Origin: Leucoraja ocellata
Taxonomy: Eukaryota
Assembly: GCA_036785375.1 (NCBI GenBank)
Contig: JAWMAR010000151.1
Span: 1,426,001-1,490,000 of the forward strand
Length of the DNA stretch: 64,000 nt
Reading direction: 5' to 3'
Part shown: positions 1-10,704 of the stretch, piece after piece
How positions within the stretch are numbered: position 1 is the stretch's first letter
Layout of the letters: every line of letters starts with the position of its first letter
Made by a program: the position numbers and the translations under genes
The notes under the pieces: generated by a model
Databases searched by the model: none
Told to the model about the DNA's origin: nothing
The model's input: the letters and a program-made list of their open reading frames with translations, nothing else

Positions 1-188
1 ACACAAGGGGCAATTTATACAGGCTAATTAACTGGTAAACTCCCATGTCTTTGGGATGTGGGAAAAAACCCACATGGTCACAGTGAGAATGTATAAACTC
101 CATACAGACAGCATCCGGGGTCAGGATCGAACCTGGGCCTCTGGCGATGTGCGTCAGCAATTTTTCTTGCTGTGGCACTGTGCAACCC
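1..188 (-). mobile_element. tRNA-derived SINE (HE1/V-SINE-like), cut by window edge
   Basis: Reverse complement shows box B (GGTTCGATCC) followed by the core (tgctgtctgtatggagttt...cattctc) shared with other copies in the window. Confidence 0.75.
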
Positions 189-543
189 TGATAGTTGCCC
201 AGTATGTTATAACTTCTAAAACAATAATTCCATTGGACTGAGCACACTATCTAATATGTGTGATTTTGCTGAAATAAAAACCACATTAAGTGTGAGCATT
301 GTCTACGTTGGTGCTTGATTTGGCAGAGGGGGCGAATGGACACTTTAACCAACACACTCCGCACTCTACAGGCAGATACAACATCCAGCATCTCCTCACC
401 TGGGCTCTGTGTAATCCTCATTCAATCATCCTTCCAGTCTGTATTTAAATGAAGAATTAAATGGAAGCATTTCTGGAAAACAGTTAAATTGCTTCTTGGG
501 TGGTTCACCTTGATCACTGAAATAGAAGGAACCTGATTGTATA

Positions 544-828
544 GTTTAGTTTAGAGACACAGCACGGAAACAGGCCCTTCGGCCCACCGAGTCACGCACA
601 TTTACACTATCTTACACACAGTAGGGACAATTTACACATACACCAAGCAATCTACATACCTGTATGTCTTTGGAGTGTGGGAGGAAGCCAAAGATTTCAG
701 AGAAAACCCACGCGGTCACGAGGAGAACGTAAAACTCCATACAGACAACACCCGTAGTCGGGATCGAACCCGAGTCTCCAGCGCTGCAAGTGCTGTAAGG
801 CAGCAACTCGGCAGCTGCGTACCACCGA
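544..828 (-). mobile_element. tRNA-derived SINE (HE1/V-SINE-like), near full length
   Basis: Box B, central core, and CR1-like tail gggccgaagggcctgtttccgtgctg followed by (ctaaa)n on the minus strand. Confidence 0.85.
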
Positions 829-1646
829 TTGGTTATTTGCACAGTAGCTCCAACTCTGCCGCAGACACCACATCACCTTGTTCAGGGCAGCTGCTCACTC
901 CAGGTAGTTCAACCATGCTTCACTTTACAGCATCCCACTTAGATATGGCATTGACAAGCAATTAACAACTGTTCGGCTAAAAGTGATTTGATATTTAATT
1001 TTAAAAGTAACCGGACTTAATAGCAAACAGATGGAAATGACTTACAAGTAAATTATGTTGTTTCTTCCTGTCCATCTCCAGGGGAGAAGCAGCTTGAAAT
1101 AGAAGAGGCGACTCCTGAACAATATGTTCGGGGACACTAGTTCAGGAGTGGGACACTCTGCTATGCTGTAACATCAGGGCACTGAGACCCCTTACCTGAG
1201 ACGCCTGTTATCAAAGGCGCTTGATTAAATTCCGAAAAAGATAAATAGATTTGGTATTTTAGATACATAAAGGATTATGAAGGAATGGACATTTTTGAAG
1301 TAAACAACAAAATCAATTGTGTTTAAGAGGGAACTGCAGATGCTGGAGAATCGAAGGTTACACAAAAAAGCTGGAGAAACTCAGCGGGTGCAGCAGCATC
1401 TATGGAGCGAAGGAAATAGGCAACGTTTCGGGCCGAAACCCTTCTTCAGACTGATCGGGGGCGGGGGTGGGTGGGGACAAGAAAGGGAAAAGGAGGAGTA
1501 GCCCGAAGGTCAGAGACGGAGTGGGAGGGGGAGTTGAAGTGCTGAGCCACCGGGAGGTCAGCTTGGTTATTGCGGACCGAGCGGAGGTGTTCGGCGAAAC
1601 GATCGCCCAATCTCCGCTTGGTCTCACCGATATAGATCTGCTGACA

Positions 1647-1767
1647 GGTTATTGCGGACCGAGCGGAGGTGTTCGGCGGTTATTGCGGACCGAGCGGAGG
1701 TGTTCGGCGTTATTGTGGACCGAGCGGAGGTGTTCGGCTTATTGCGGACCGAGCGGAGGTGTTCGGC
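1647..1767. repeat. Four tandem copies (31, 31, 30, 29 bp) of (gg)ttattgcggaccgagcggaggtgttcggc
   Basis: Read directly; the unit is the reverse complement of 1846-1876. Confidence 0.95.
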
Positions 1768-2173
1768 CTCATCTATTGCGTCCGCTGCTCTAGATGTCAG
1801 CAGATCTATATCGGTGAGACCAAGCGGAGGTTGGGCGATCGTTTCGCCGAACACCTCCGCTCGGTCCGCAATAACCAAGCTGACCTCCCGGTGGCTCAGC
1901 ACTTCAACTCCCCCTCCCACTCCGTCTCTGACCTCTCTGTCCTGGGTCTCCTCCATGGCCACAGCGAGCAGCACCGGAAATTGGAGGAACAGCACCTCAT
2001 ATTCCGTTTGGGGAGTCTGCATCCCGGGGGCATGAACATCGAATTCTCCCAATTTTGTTAGTCCTTGCTGTCTCCTCCCCTTCCTCAGCCCCCCTGCTGT
2101 CTCCTCCCATCCCCCAGCCTTCGGGCTACTCCTCCTTTTCCCTTTCTTGTCCCCACCCACCCCCGCCCCCGAT

Positions 2174-2208
2174 CAGTCTGAAGAAGGGTTTCGGCCCGAA
2201 ACGTTGCC
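2174..2208 (+). ncRNA. Minimal type I hammerhead ribozyme motif in PLE pLTR
   Basis: CUGAAGA (2178-2184), A, GGGU-UUCG-GCCC stem II, GAAA-CG-UU with palindromic ACGU stem III; mirror copy on - strand at about 1419-1453. Confidence 0.7.
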
Positions 2209-2912
2209 TATTTCCTTCGCTCCATTGATGCTGCTGCACCCGCTGAGTTTCTCCAGCTTTTTTGTGTAACAAAATCAATTGCTTGCATGCTGAAAAGATT
2301 TCACAACCTTGTTTAATAAGAAATGGAAAATGTATGGAAAATATTGCTGTGTACACTGAGGTTGCCAACTTATGTTAAGACTGCTGTGAATAAAAGGTGA
2401 GATTTTAGATTGAGTGAGTTCAGGGCAGACAGGAGAAGGTGAAATTGGAAGAAGCAAGTGAACGGAATGAGTCAATGACAGGCCGATATTTAATCCTAGT
2501 CTACAAATTGCCTTTGAGAATGTGCTGGTGAGCCACTGTGGTGTGTGTGGTGGAGAAAGTCCCACGGGACGGCCGAGGTAAGATATTCTGGGATTTTGGC
2601 CCAGCAATGATATATTTCATGGAGAGGATGATGTGGGATTTGGTGGGGTTCTTGCCCTCACGCTGTTCATTTGAAGATTTCACTGCAGGACTGTGGCACA
2701 GAGCCGTAGCTAATGGAGCTGATGCCTCACAGCTCCAGCAGCCTGAGAACATTTCTGAACTCAGGTGCTGGTGTTATGGAGTTTCCATGTTCTCCCTATG
2801 ACTGCATGAGCTTCCCCCAGGTGAATCATAAAAATATAAGTTAGAAATTTCAGTCCTCCTCATGCACCAAAGGCCATTCAATTTAGAATTCCTTCCAACA
2901 TTCATTCCAAAG

Positions 2913-3197
2913 ACAACATGGTGGCACAGCTGAAATAGCTGCTGCCTCACAGCACCAAAGATCCAGGTTCGATCCTAACTTTGGTGCTGTCCATGTGGAG
3001 TTTGCACATTCCCCTTGTGATCACGTGGGTTTCCTCTAGGTTCCCCGGTTTCCTCCCACATCGCAAAGACAAGCAGTTATTGGCCTCTGTAAATTGCCCC
3101 TGGTGTGTAGGGAGTGGATGGAAAAGTGATATAACATAGATCTAGTGTGACCGGTATGGACTCTGTGGGCCTAACGTCTGTTTCCGTGTGGCCTCTG
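2913..3197 (+). mobile_element. tRNA-derived SINE (HE1/V-SINE-like)
   Basis: Box A (ggtggcacagctg), box B (ggttcgatcc), core and LINE-like tail. Confidence 0.8.
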
Positions 3198-3269
3198 TCA
3201 ACGATTCAGCCGATCATTGATTCAATGGCCTCATCCATGCTGACCGTGCTGCCTTTCTACACTAATCTC

Positions 3270-3720
3270 ATTTGCCTGTCTTAGGCCTGTATCTCCCCCT
3301 TTGCCTTTTCGATCCAAGCACATTTTCAAATACTTTTAAACATAATTGGATCTGTCTCCACTACCTTCTCTGGCCAGGTATTCTAGATATTTACCACACT
3401 CTTTGTAAAAAACATACCCCTCAGGTAATCTTTGCATTTCCCTCCCCACCTTAAACCTGTGCCCTCAGGTTCTAGACTCCATGGCCAAGAGAAAAATATT
3501 ATCTTTGCACGTCATCATTTTATAAGCCCCTATATGGTCATCCCTCGGCCTTCTACGTTCCAGTGAGAATATAGTCAGGCCTATCCAATCTCTCCTTTTA
3601 ACCAAAGCCCTCCATTCCAAGGTGAATCTCTTCTGCACTATCTCTGCTTCATGTAATGTGGTGACCAGAGCTCTCCACAATACTCAAAGTGTGGTCTAAG
3701 CAATATTTTGTACAACTGCA
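3270..3720 (-). mobile_element. Degraded CR1 LINE 3' fragment
   Basis: Minus-strand translation contains FSLERRRPRDDHIGAYKMM, a decayed CR1 ORF2 C-terminus (LERRRLRGDLIEVYKIM type). Confidence 0.7.
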
Positions 3721-5221
3721 ATGGCACTCCCATTTTCCTTCCACATGCCAAAGATATGTAGGTTAACTGGCCACTGTAAATTTCCCCCAGTGTCTAGGTG
3801 CATGATAAAATGTGAGTGGAATTCAGGGGATTTTGGAGAATTAAATTGGATTAGTGAAGATTGGCACTTGATGGTTGGCCTGGACTCGGTGGGCCAAAGG
3901 GTCAAATTCTGTGCTGCATGATTCTGATTCTCCAAACAGATGATGATTGTAGTGTCCCGTGACATTGCTATTGCTCTGCTTACATCTCAAGAATTTATTA
4001 TTTGAATATATTTTGTAATATTTGTTTTCCTGAGGTGGTGGTACAGAATGTATAACAAGCACAAACTTTAAAAATGGCAGGCTCATTGCACTGGTCTGGA
4101 AACTATCCTCCAAAATAGTAAATATTTATTTCAGAATGTTTTCCCTTACTTGAAGTTAAAAATGGGACTGTTGTTCCTCTACCACCACCGAGGAGAAGAC
4201 GGCAGACTGGGCTAATTTTTAAGGATCTGAACATCATGGCTTACAGGGGCTCCTTGTGCAAAAAGATTCAATGGTTTTTGCAGCCATTTTCATTAAGCTG
4301 TCAGTAGGATCATGTGCCAAATGAAAGGTTTTTGTTCACCCTCACTGATGCTACCAATCACCTGATGAGAGACCACAGAAAGATGGTACATCTGAAACTG
4401 GATTCATCGAAGTGTATACAAACCAGCATCCAAAACTGGTCCAATGGCATGCCTTTTAGTCCCCAAATGTGGGAGAGGAAGTTGTGAATTTGTGACTAAA
4501 CTTCCATTCTTCAAGCTTTAAGACTCCAACTGCATTACTCTCTATTCCTGAGGTTTTGTTGTTTCTCAGTTGGTTTATGACTTTCCAACTTTTTCTCCTT
4601 CAGGGACGGTGGCAAATGGTTAGGATTGCTTCCTGTGGGATAGTCAACAGTGATCAATTTGAGGATACATATAGCCATAGTTGATCAGTGCTTCAATATG
4701 TTATTTCTAGCAGGTCGTGAATACCAATCTGAAAAGTGTAACGATGCCCTTGAAAAGAGTAAAGAATCTGTGAGCACCATGGTTATTAATGGATTGCTGA
4801 ATTGCCTCTGCTCATTCTATTCAACATCAGGTTTATTGTTGGACCTCAGCCTTCATAGTCGAGTTAAGTTAAGATTTCTGTTGGTTAGCGTGGGTCAAAT
4901 GATTGACTGTGAGGCAGTGAAAGAGCCATCTTTGCAGGATCCTTGTCCTTCAACATTGTTTTTCAATTTGCATTGCATCCACTTGAGAAGCACATTCACC
5001 GCAGCTCAGCCATTGAGCTGAAATACACAGATGATTCTTGTGCATGGGCACGTTTGTAGACTGAGCTCCAGGTTATTGTCGACACATTCACTGAAACATC
5101 AAGTGAGAAATGTCCTTACACCACAAAATGAAAGTCCTCTACCAGAACTTCACCATCACCTTGAATGTGCCAACACAGTCTATAGCTGAGAAATGAGAGT
5201 TTGAAGATCAAAATCTTAAAA

Positions 5222-5475
5222 GGTGCAGCTTGTAGAACTGCTTCCTCACACCTCTAGGAAACGGGTTCATTCCTGGCTTCAGTTGCTGTGGTGTGGAGTT
5301 TGCAGCTTCTTCTTGTGTTTGGGATGCTCCAGTTTCCTCCCACATTCCAGATTGGTTGGTTTATTGGTCATTTTAAATCAAGGGTTGGGGAGGGATGAAC
5401 AAATTGCATGTCAAATTAGTAAAGGAAGAGGATCGTTCTGTGAGCTGGCATAGCCTTGAAGGGCTGAAATGGCCT
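5222..5475 (+). mobile_element. Degraded tRNA-derived SINE
   Basis: Decayed box A/B and the core gggatgctccagtttcctcccaca. Confidence 0.6.
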
Positions 5476-6358
5476 TTTATATCAAATGGATCCCTGCAGA
5501 AGTGATCCCTGCTCTCACGTGAGCTCTTGTTCTAGACTAGCTACATGGTGCATCAAAGAAATACCACCAAGGCTGACTGCACAACATCCTCCAAATTCAC
5601 TGATACGAAATGTGAGCCAATAAGCCTAGCATTGAAGTCCTAATCACACCGTCATTTCCTTTGGGCAGGTGCCATTAGTCCTGGTATAGAGACTCAATGT
5701 CAACAGATGCTGCTTAACCACTGAGATTTGCCAGTAGTCTAGTTTTGCTCCAAATTTCATCGTCTGCAGTCTCATGAGTCTCAAACATCATTTGATTGCC
5801 TGACAACAGAGTCCCAAAACAGATCAAAAGCGAGTCTGCAGAAAGGTCCCGACCCAAAACGGGTCACTAGTCCATTCCCTCCATAGATGCTGCCTGACCT
5901 GGTGAGTAAGTCCAGCACTTTGTGTTTTATCCGAAACATGAACTGTTCTGAGCTCTTATAGGCAAGTAGTTAACAGATGGACAGGGGAAACAATTCATGG
6001 ATGTGTTCAAAGCCTTCTTAAAATATAGTAACTTCGCCACTGACTCCTGGAAATCCTTGGCTCACGGCTGCTCCGTATGGAGAAGGAGCTTTCAGGATAA
6101 AATTGAAAACTACAGAGACATACATCAGGAGCATATAGAAGCCCATCCTAAAAAGCAGCGGTAATGTAGCAGCTAGTCAATGTGCTCCTGTTCCTCCAGT
6201 GGCAGAGCTTGCAGTTATGACATGGTCTTTAATCGCCACCACACAACGGATTGGAGTGAACGCGTGCTACCCTCAAGAAAAGACACAGTGCTGGAATAGT
6301 TTGGTGGATCAGGCAGCATCTCGGGAGAACATGAATAGGCAATAATTCCGACACCAAC

Positions 6359-6558
6359 NNNNNNNNNNNNNNNNNNNNNNNNNNNNNNNNNNNNNNNNNN
6401 NNNNNNNNNNNNNNNNNNNNNNNNNNNNNNNNNNNNNNNNNNNNNNNNNNNNNNNNNNNNNNNNNNNNNNNNNNNNNNNNNNNNNNNNNNNNNNNNNNNN
6501 NNNNNNNNNNNNNNNNNNNNNNNNNNNNNNNNNNNNNNNNNNNNNNNNNNNNNNNNNN
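6359..6558. other. Assembly gap (200 N)
   Basis: Run of exactly 200 N; the round size suggests a placeholder of unknown true length. Confidence 0.99.
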
Positions 6559-6842
6559 GTTCCGATTCGTCCCAATGCCAGAGCTTCCATCATCCCGTCT
6601 AGAGGGCTTGAACAGCGGATCGTCAGCAACGGCCCCGTTCAAAGGCACCGACCACCACGGGTGAACAAAGGAGGAAGATGACTGAACTTTATTGCCTTCC
6701 AACACAGTGAGGAATGTTGATTTCACTGTGGTGGATGTTTATGGTAAATTTATTGTGTATTGCGTTCTTTTGACTTTTATGGCAGTATGGTAACTCAAAT
6801 ATCACTACCTAAGGTGCATGTGACAATAAATGTGAACTTGAT
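6559..6842 (+). mobile_element. 3' part of a GC-rich non-autonomous retroelement (related to 18380-19157)
   Basis: Shares the gccttcca.cacagtgagga...tcactgtg.tggatgttt hairpin segment and the tgacaataaa tail with 18380-19157. Confidence 0.6.
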
Positions 6843-8217
6843 CCTGGAGGACTGCCTAAGAAGAAGGGAACAGGGTGAGTTTAGGTCTAGCATTGTATAA
6901 CACCAGGGGGCAGCATGTTTACAGGTAAACTCCAAAAGTGAAGCACGAGTGAATAGAAATGTATTGCCACGTTATAATGGAATAGGGTGTGGTCAATAAA
7001 CCATCTACTGTATAGCAATCAGAGCATTAACAATGTTTGTAGATCTATTACTATACAACCTCAGTATTAATGTTTATTAGCTTGCAAAATGTTCTAAGAA
7101 TATGATATGCTGGTCATGCACTGTGGTGAAACAATGGTGAGTGCAGGCCTGTCGATGTACAGCAGGCTGGGTTACTAATGGGTGCATCGTGGGAGGTAGG
7201 AAAGGCCAAGTGACCCCTCGTTTCTGATCGTCTTGTCAAGTTGATCAGTGCTCATCCTGCATCTCAAAACTACATCCTTGGCTTTCCCCATATCTTTTGA
7301 TTCATAGTATTCCTAGTTTGTCTTTGGTTTAAGTGGCTTCTGTAATTTACCATCAGTGTAGGTTAATGGCAAAACAAAAAGAAAATTGATGACTAGGTGT
7401 GAGTGGGAATTAATTAAAGGGCAATAAGGAAAGGGTCAATAGACGAATGTGATTGCACCCTCGAAACAAGGAAAGACCGAGAGTGCCAAAAGGCCCCATT
7501 TGGTGTTTTTACAAGATAAGGATAATAACTTTACAACAATAGTGTTCAGTGCTGGCAGGTACAGAGTCTGGAGAACAGGTAGAAACAGTCTGACATGGGG
7601 AGCTAAATATTAATTTGCACAAGTGTTTTTCACAATGACTTTTCATATAACACACTAAGTACCACATTGATTTGTACTGATGACTGAGTGTTCTGGGTGC
7701 CATTAACTTACCACCTATGTTTGCATTTACGCTTCCTGTCAAATTGAAGACTGGAAAATATATATTCCTGATGCTGGACTTATACAAATCCTATTCATAT
7801 GCAGTTCATGAACTCCTAGGGCAGGCTCTGTGCGTTTAACTATTTTAAATAATGTTTTGCCTTTCAGACTATATGGTTTAGTATAATTCAGTTTTCAGAA
7901 TAGTGATTAATGTGCAAATGCAATAACACACTTGATTTTTTTAAAATAATTTCCTCTTCATGATTTTAGATTATTGTACCAGCGGTTTGGTCCCAAATAT
8001 TATTGATTGGATGCAAAATGGGAGGCCAGGGATGGGACGAGGATGATTGTATCGTTGAAAGCTAAACCCTATCCCACAGACAGCTAAAGCCAGAAAATCA
8101 TTCACTCCTAACCACTTTGCCCATATGCTGAAGTCACTTTCTGTTGCAATCTTTGTTGAATCCATTTAAAGTTTTCTGCATCTTAAACATTTCTTCCAAA
8201 TGAATTAAAACATTAAA

Positions 8218-8314
8218 GATAGGCACAGAATGTTGAAGCAACTCAGCGTTACAGGCAGCATTTCTGGATAGAAGGAATGGGAGACATTTCAGATCGAGAC
8301 CCTTCTTCAGGCTG
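8218..8314 (-). mobile_element. Short PLE pLTR-derived insert with decayed hammerhead motif
   Basis: Reverse complement reads tcagcCTGAAGAagggtctcgatctGAAAtgtc...gctgagttgcttcaacattctgtg. Confidence 0.7.
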
Positions 8315-8365
8315 AGATTAAAACATTATATCTCTCTGATTATTTTATGATTCACTATAACTGGA

Positions 8366-10130
8366 TAGAAACATAGAAACATAGAAAATAGGTGCAGGAG
8401 TAGGTCATTCAGTCCTTCGAGCCTGCACCGCCATTCAATATGATCATGGCTGATTATCCAACTCAGTATCCTGTACCTGCCTTCTCTCCGTACCCCCTGA
8501 TCCCTTTAGCCACAAAGGCCACATCTAACTCCCTCTTAAATATAGCCAATGAACTGGCCTCAACTACCTTCTGTGGCAGAGAATTCCACAGGTTCACCAC
8601 TCTCTGTGTGAATTTTTTTCTTTTCATCGCAGTCCTAAAAGGCTTCCTTCTTATCCTTAAACTGTGACCCCTTGTTCTGGACTTCCCCAACAATCTTCCT
8701 GCATCTAGCTTGTCCAACCCCTTAAGAATTTTGTAAGTTTCTATAAGATCCCCCCTCAATCTTCTAAATTCTAGCGAGTACAAGCCGAGTCTATCCAGTC
8801 TTTCTTCATATGAAAGCCCTGCCATCCCAGGAATCAGTCTGGTGAACCTTCTATGTACTCCCTCTATGGCAAGAATGTCTTTCCTCAGATTAGGAGACCA
8901 AAACTGTACACAATATTCCAGGTGTGGTCTCACAAGGCCCTGTACAACTGCAGTAGAACCTCCCTGTCCTATACTCAAATCCTTTAGCTATGAATGCTAA
9001 CATACCATTCAAATTTCTATTCTGACTAGCACGTGGCACTGGTAGTAATCCAGAGATTATTACCTTTGAGGTCCTACTTTTAAGTTTATCTCCTAGCTCC
9101 CTAAATTCACCTTGTAGGATATCATCCCATTTTTTTACCTATATCATTGGTGCCAATGTGCACCCTCCCCCTCCAGAATTTTCTGCAGCCGCTCAGTGAC
9201 ATCCCTGACCCTTGCACCAGGGAGGCAACATACCATCCTGGAGTCTCGTTTGCGGCCGCAGAAACGCCTATCTATTCCCCTTACAATTGAATCCCCTATT
9301 ACTATAACCCTTCCACTCTTTTTCCTCCCCTCCTGTGCCGCAGAGCCACCCACGGTGCCACGAACTTGGCTGCTGCTGCCTTTCCCTGATGAGCCATCTC
9401 CCCCAACAGTATCCAAAATGTTATATCTGTTTAGGAGGGAGATGACCGCAGGGCACTCCTGCACTACCTGTCTACTGCTACGCTGGATAGTGGCCACCCG
9501 TTCCCTTTCTGTCCGCTTAACTTTTACCGGCGGTGTGACCAACTCACTGTACATGCTATCCACGACTTTCTCAGCATCGTGGATGCTCCAGTATGAATCC
9601 AACCGCAGGTCCAATGATCAATTTGGTCTGCTGGACACACTTCCTGCACACGTAGTCACCACGTACACCGACCATATCCCTGATCTCCCACATGTTGCAG
9701 GATGAGCAAACCAAGGGGCCGATCTCAACTGACCTGCCTTACCCCCAAATTAAATCAACTCACTCACACTATAAAAATCTTAATCCTTTAAACTGTACCT
9801 TTACTAAAAAGCACTGTACCCTTAACTCACTGTACCCTTAACTCACTGAACCCTTAACTCACTGAACCCTTAATCAGAAAGCAGAAATACAAACCTGGGG
9901 TTGCTCCCAATCAGCTGCTTCCTCTAGTCCGCTTCCACCAATCAGCGGCTTCCTCCACACAACTTCCTTTGAAGTGTGATGGAACGTTGCAGAGTGGGTG
10001 CTCCTCCCGCTCCAACGGTTCCTGGGCCTCTGTGAAACAAAGCCCCGCGCTCGATTTTTAAACTCACCACCCGGACGCCGCTCCAACAGCTCCTGGGCCT
10101 CTGTGAAACAAAGCCCCAGGAGCCCGAATG
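8366..10130 (-). mobile_element. CR1 (HER1-like) LINE with a large internal deletion: 5'UTR, esterase-type ORF1 remnant, ORF2 C-terminus and (tttctatg)n tail
   Basis: ORF 8463..8978 has LVRPHLEYCVQFWSP...LEFRRLRGDLIETYKI (CR1 ORF2 end); ORF 9144..9614 has VIVIGDSIVRG...CCLPGARVRDV (SGNH/GDSL esterase ORF1); junction near 9010; 5' boundary approximate. Confidence 0.85.
9812..9873. repeat. 16-bp tandem repeat (cactg[t/a]acccttaact), about 3.9 copies, in the CR1 5' region
   Basis: Read directly. Confidence 0.9.
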
Positions 10131-10287
10131 TAAAGGACTTTCAAAAACTGTCTTCAGAAAATAAAAGACACATTGCCTTAAAAATAAATGTCCTGATCTG
10201 GGGTCTCAACATGCATGGACAATTCCTTCCCATAGGTGCTGCTGGACCTGCTGAGCTCTTCCATCAGTTTGTTTTTTTGCTGAAGGT

Positions 10288-10428
10288 CTTCTTCTTCTTG
10301 CGTATGGCGTGCACAGCCTAAAGTTGTCGGACAACTTGTTCTATTTGATCTTATTTGATTGTGCACGCCGGGTTGATTGCATTTGTCGAAACAGGGCGGA
10401 CCTCGTGAAGGTTGCAATCTCCCACCCC
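10288..10428 (-). mobile_element. 141-bp non-autonomous retroposon with ribozyme head and (AAG)4 tail
   Basis: 11-bp target-site duplication ttgctgaaggt at 10277-10287 and 10429-10439; (ctt)4 at 10288-10299; internal inverted repeats. Confidence 0.88.
10375..10428 (-). ncRNA. Minimal HDV-like (CPEB3-type) self-cleaving ribozyme, predicted
   Basis: GGGGUGG-GA-GAUUGCA-ACC-UUCACGA-GGU-CCGCCCU-GU-UUCGA-C-AAA-UGCAAUC gives P1 (G1.U wobble), P2, P3, L3 and the J4/2 catalytic C in the HDV nested double-pseudoknot order. Confidence 0.85.
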
Positions 10429-10704
10429 TTGCTGAAGGTTAGTGGACCTGAATGGCATGTATCCTCACTATTGAAAGGAGATTGTACAAAGCCTATTTCC
10501 CCCAAGAAATTCACAAATAGAAATGATGCCAAGTGATAAGCATAAGTGATAAGTTTAAGGAGTGTTCAAGAAAAGGGAACATGCCAGATAATCTTATCAG
10601 TTTTGTGTTAACGTTCAGAAGTCAAAGTACAGATTAGAATTCTTGTTGACTGACAAAAACATGACCTACTCAGAGACTGTATGAATTTGTTAAAGGTGTG
10701 TTAT

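Larger units (their letters stand above)
1320..2267 (+). mobile_element. Penelope-like element (PLE) 3' fragment with GIY-YIG endonuclease coding region and inverted pLTR arm
   Basis: 1768-2061 encodes LIYCVRCSRCQQIYIGETKRRLGDRFAEH...VAQHFN...LEEQHLIFRLGSLHPGGMN, a PLE-type GIY-YIG domain; arms 1357-1510 and 2117-2270 are reverse complements; 14-bp direct repeat aacaaaatcaattg at 1306-1319 and 2268-2281. Confidence 0.9.

Noticed and set aside
1647-1767. Four ~30-bp direct repeats suggesting a CRISPR array
   Set aside because: Units are head-to-tail with no spacers, derive from the adjacent PLE coding sequence, and the DNA is vertebrate.
1624-2160. Overlapping 100-180 aa ORFs on both strands as novel genes
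   Set aside because: Explained by the inverted PLE duplication; only the + frame 1768-2061 has a real domain, and it lacks the RT and a true start.
6229-6726. ORFs 6229..6726 and 6309..6629
   Set aside because: They are open only because they run through the 200-N gap.
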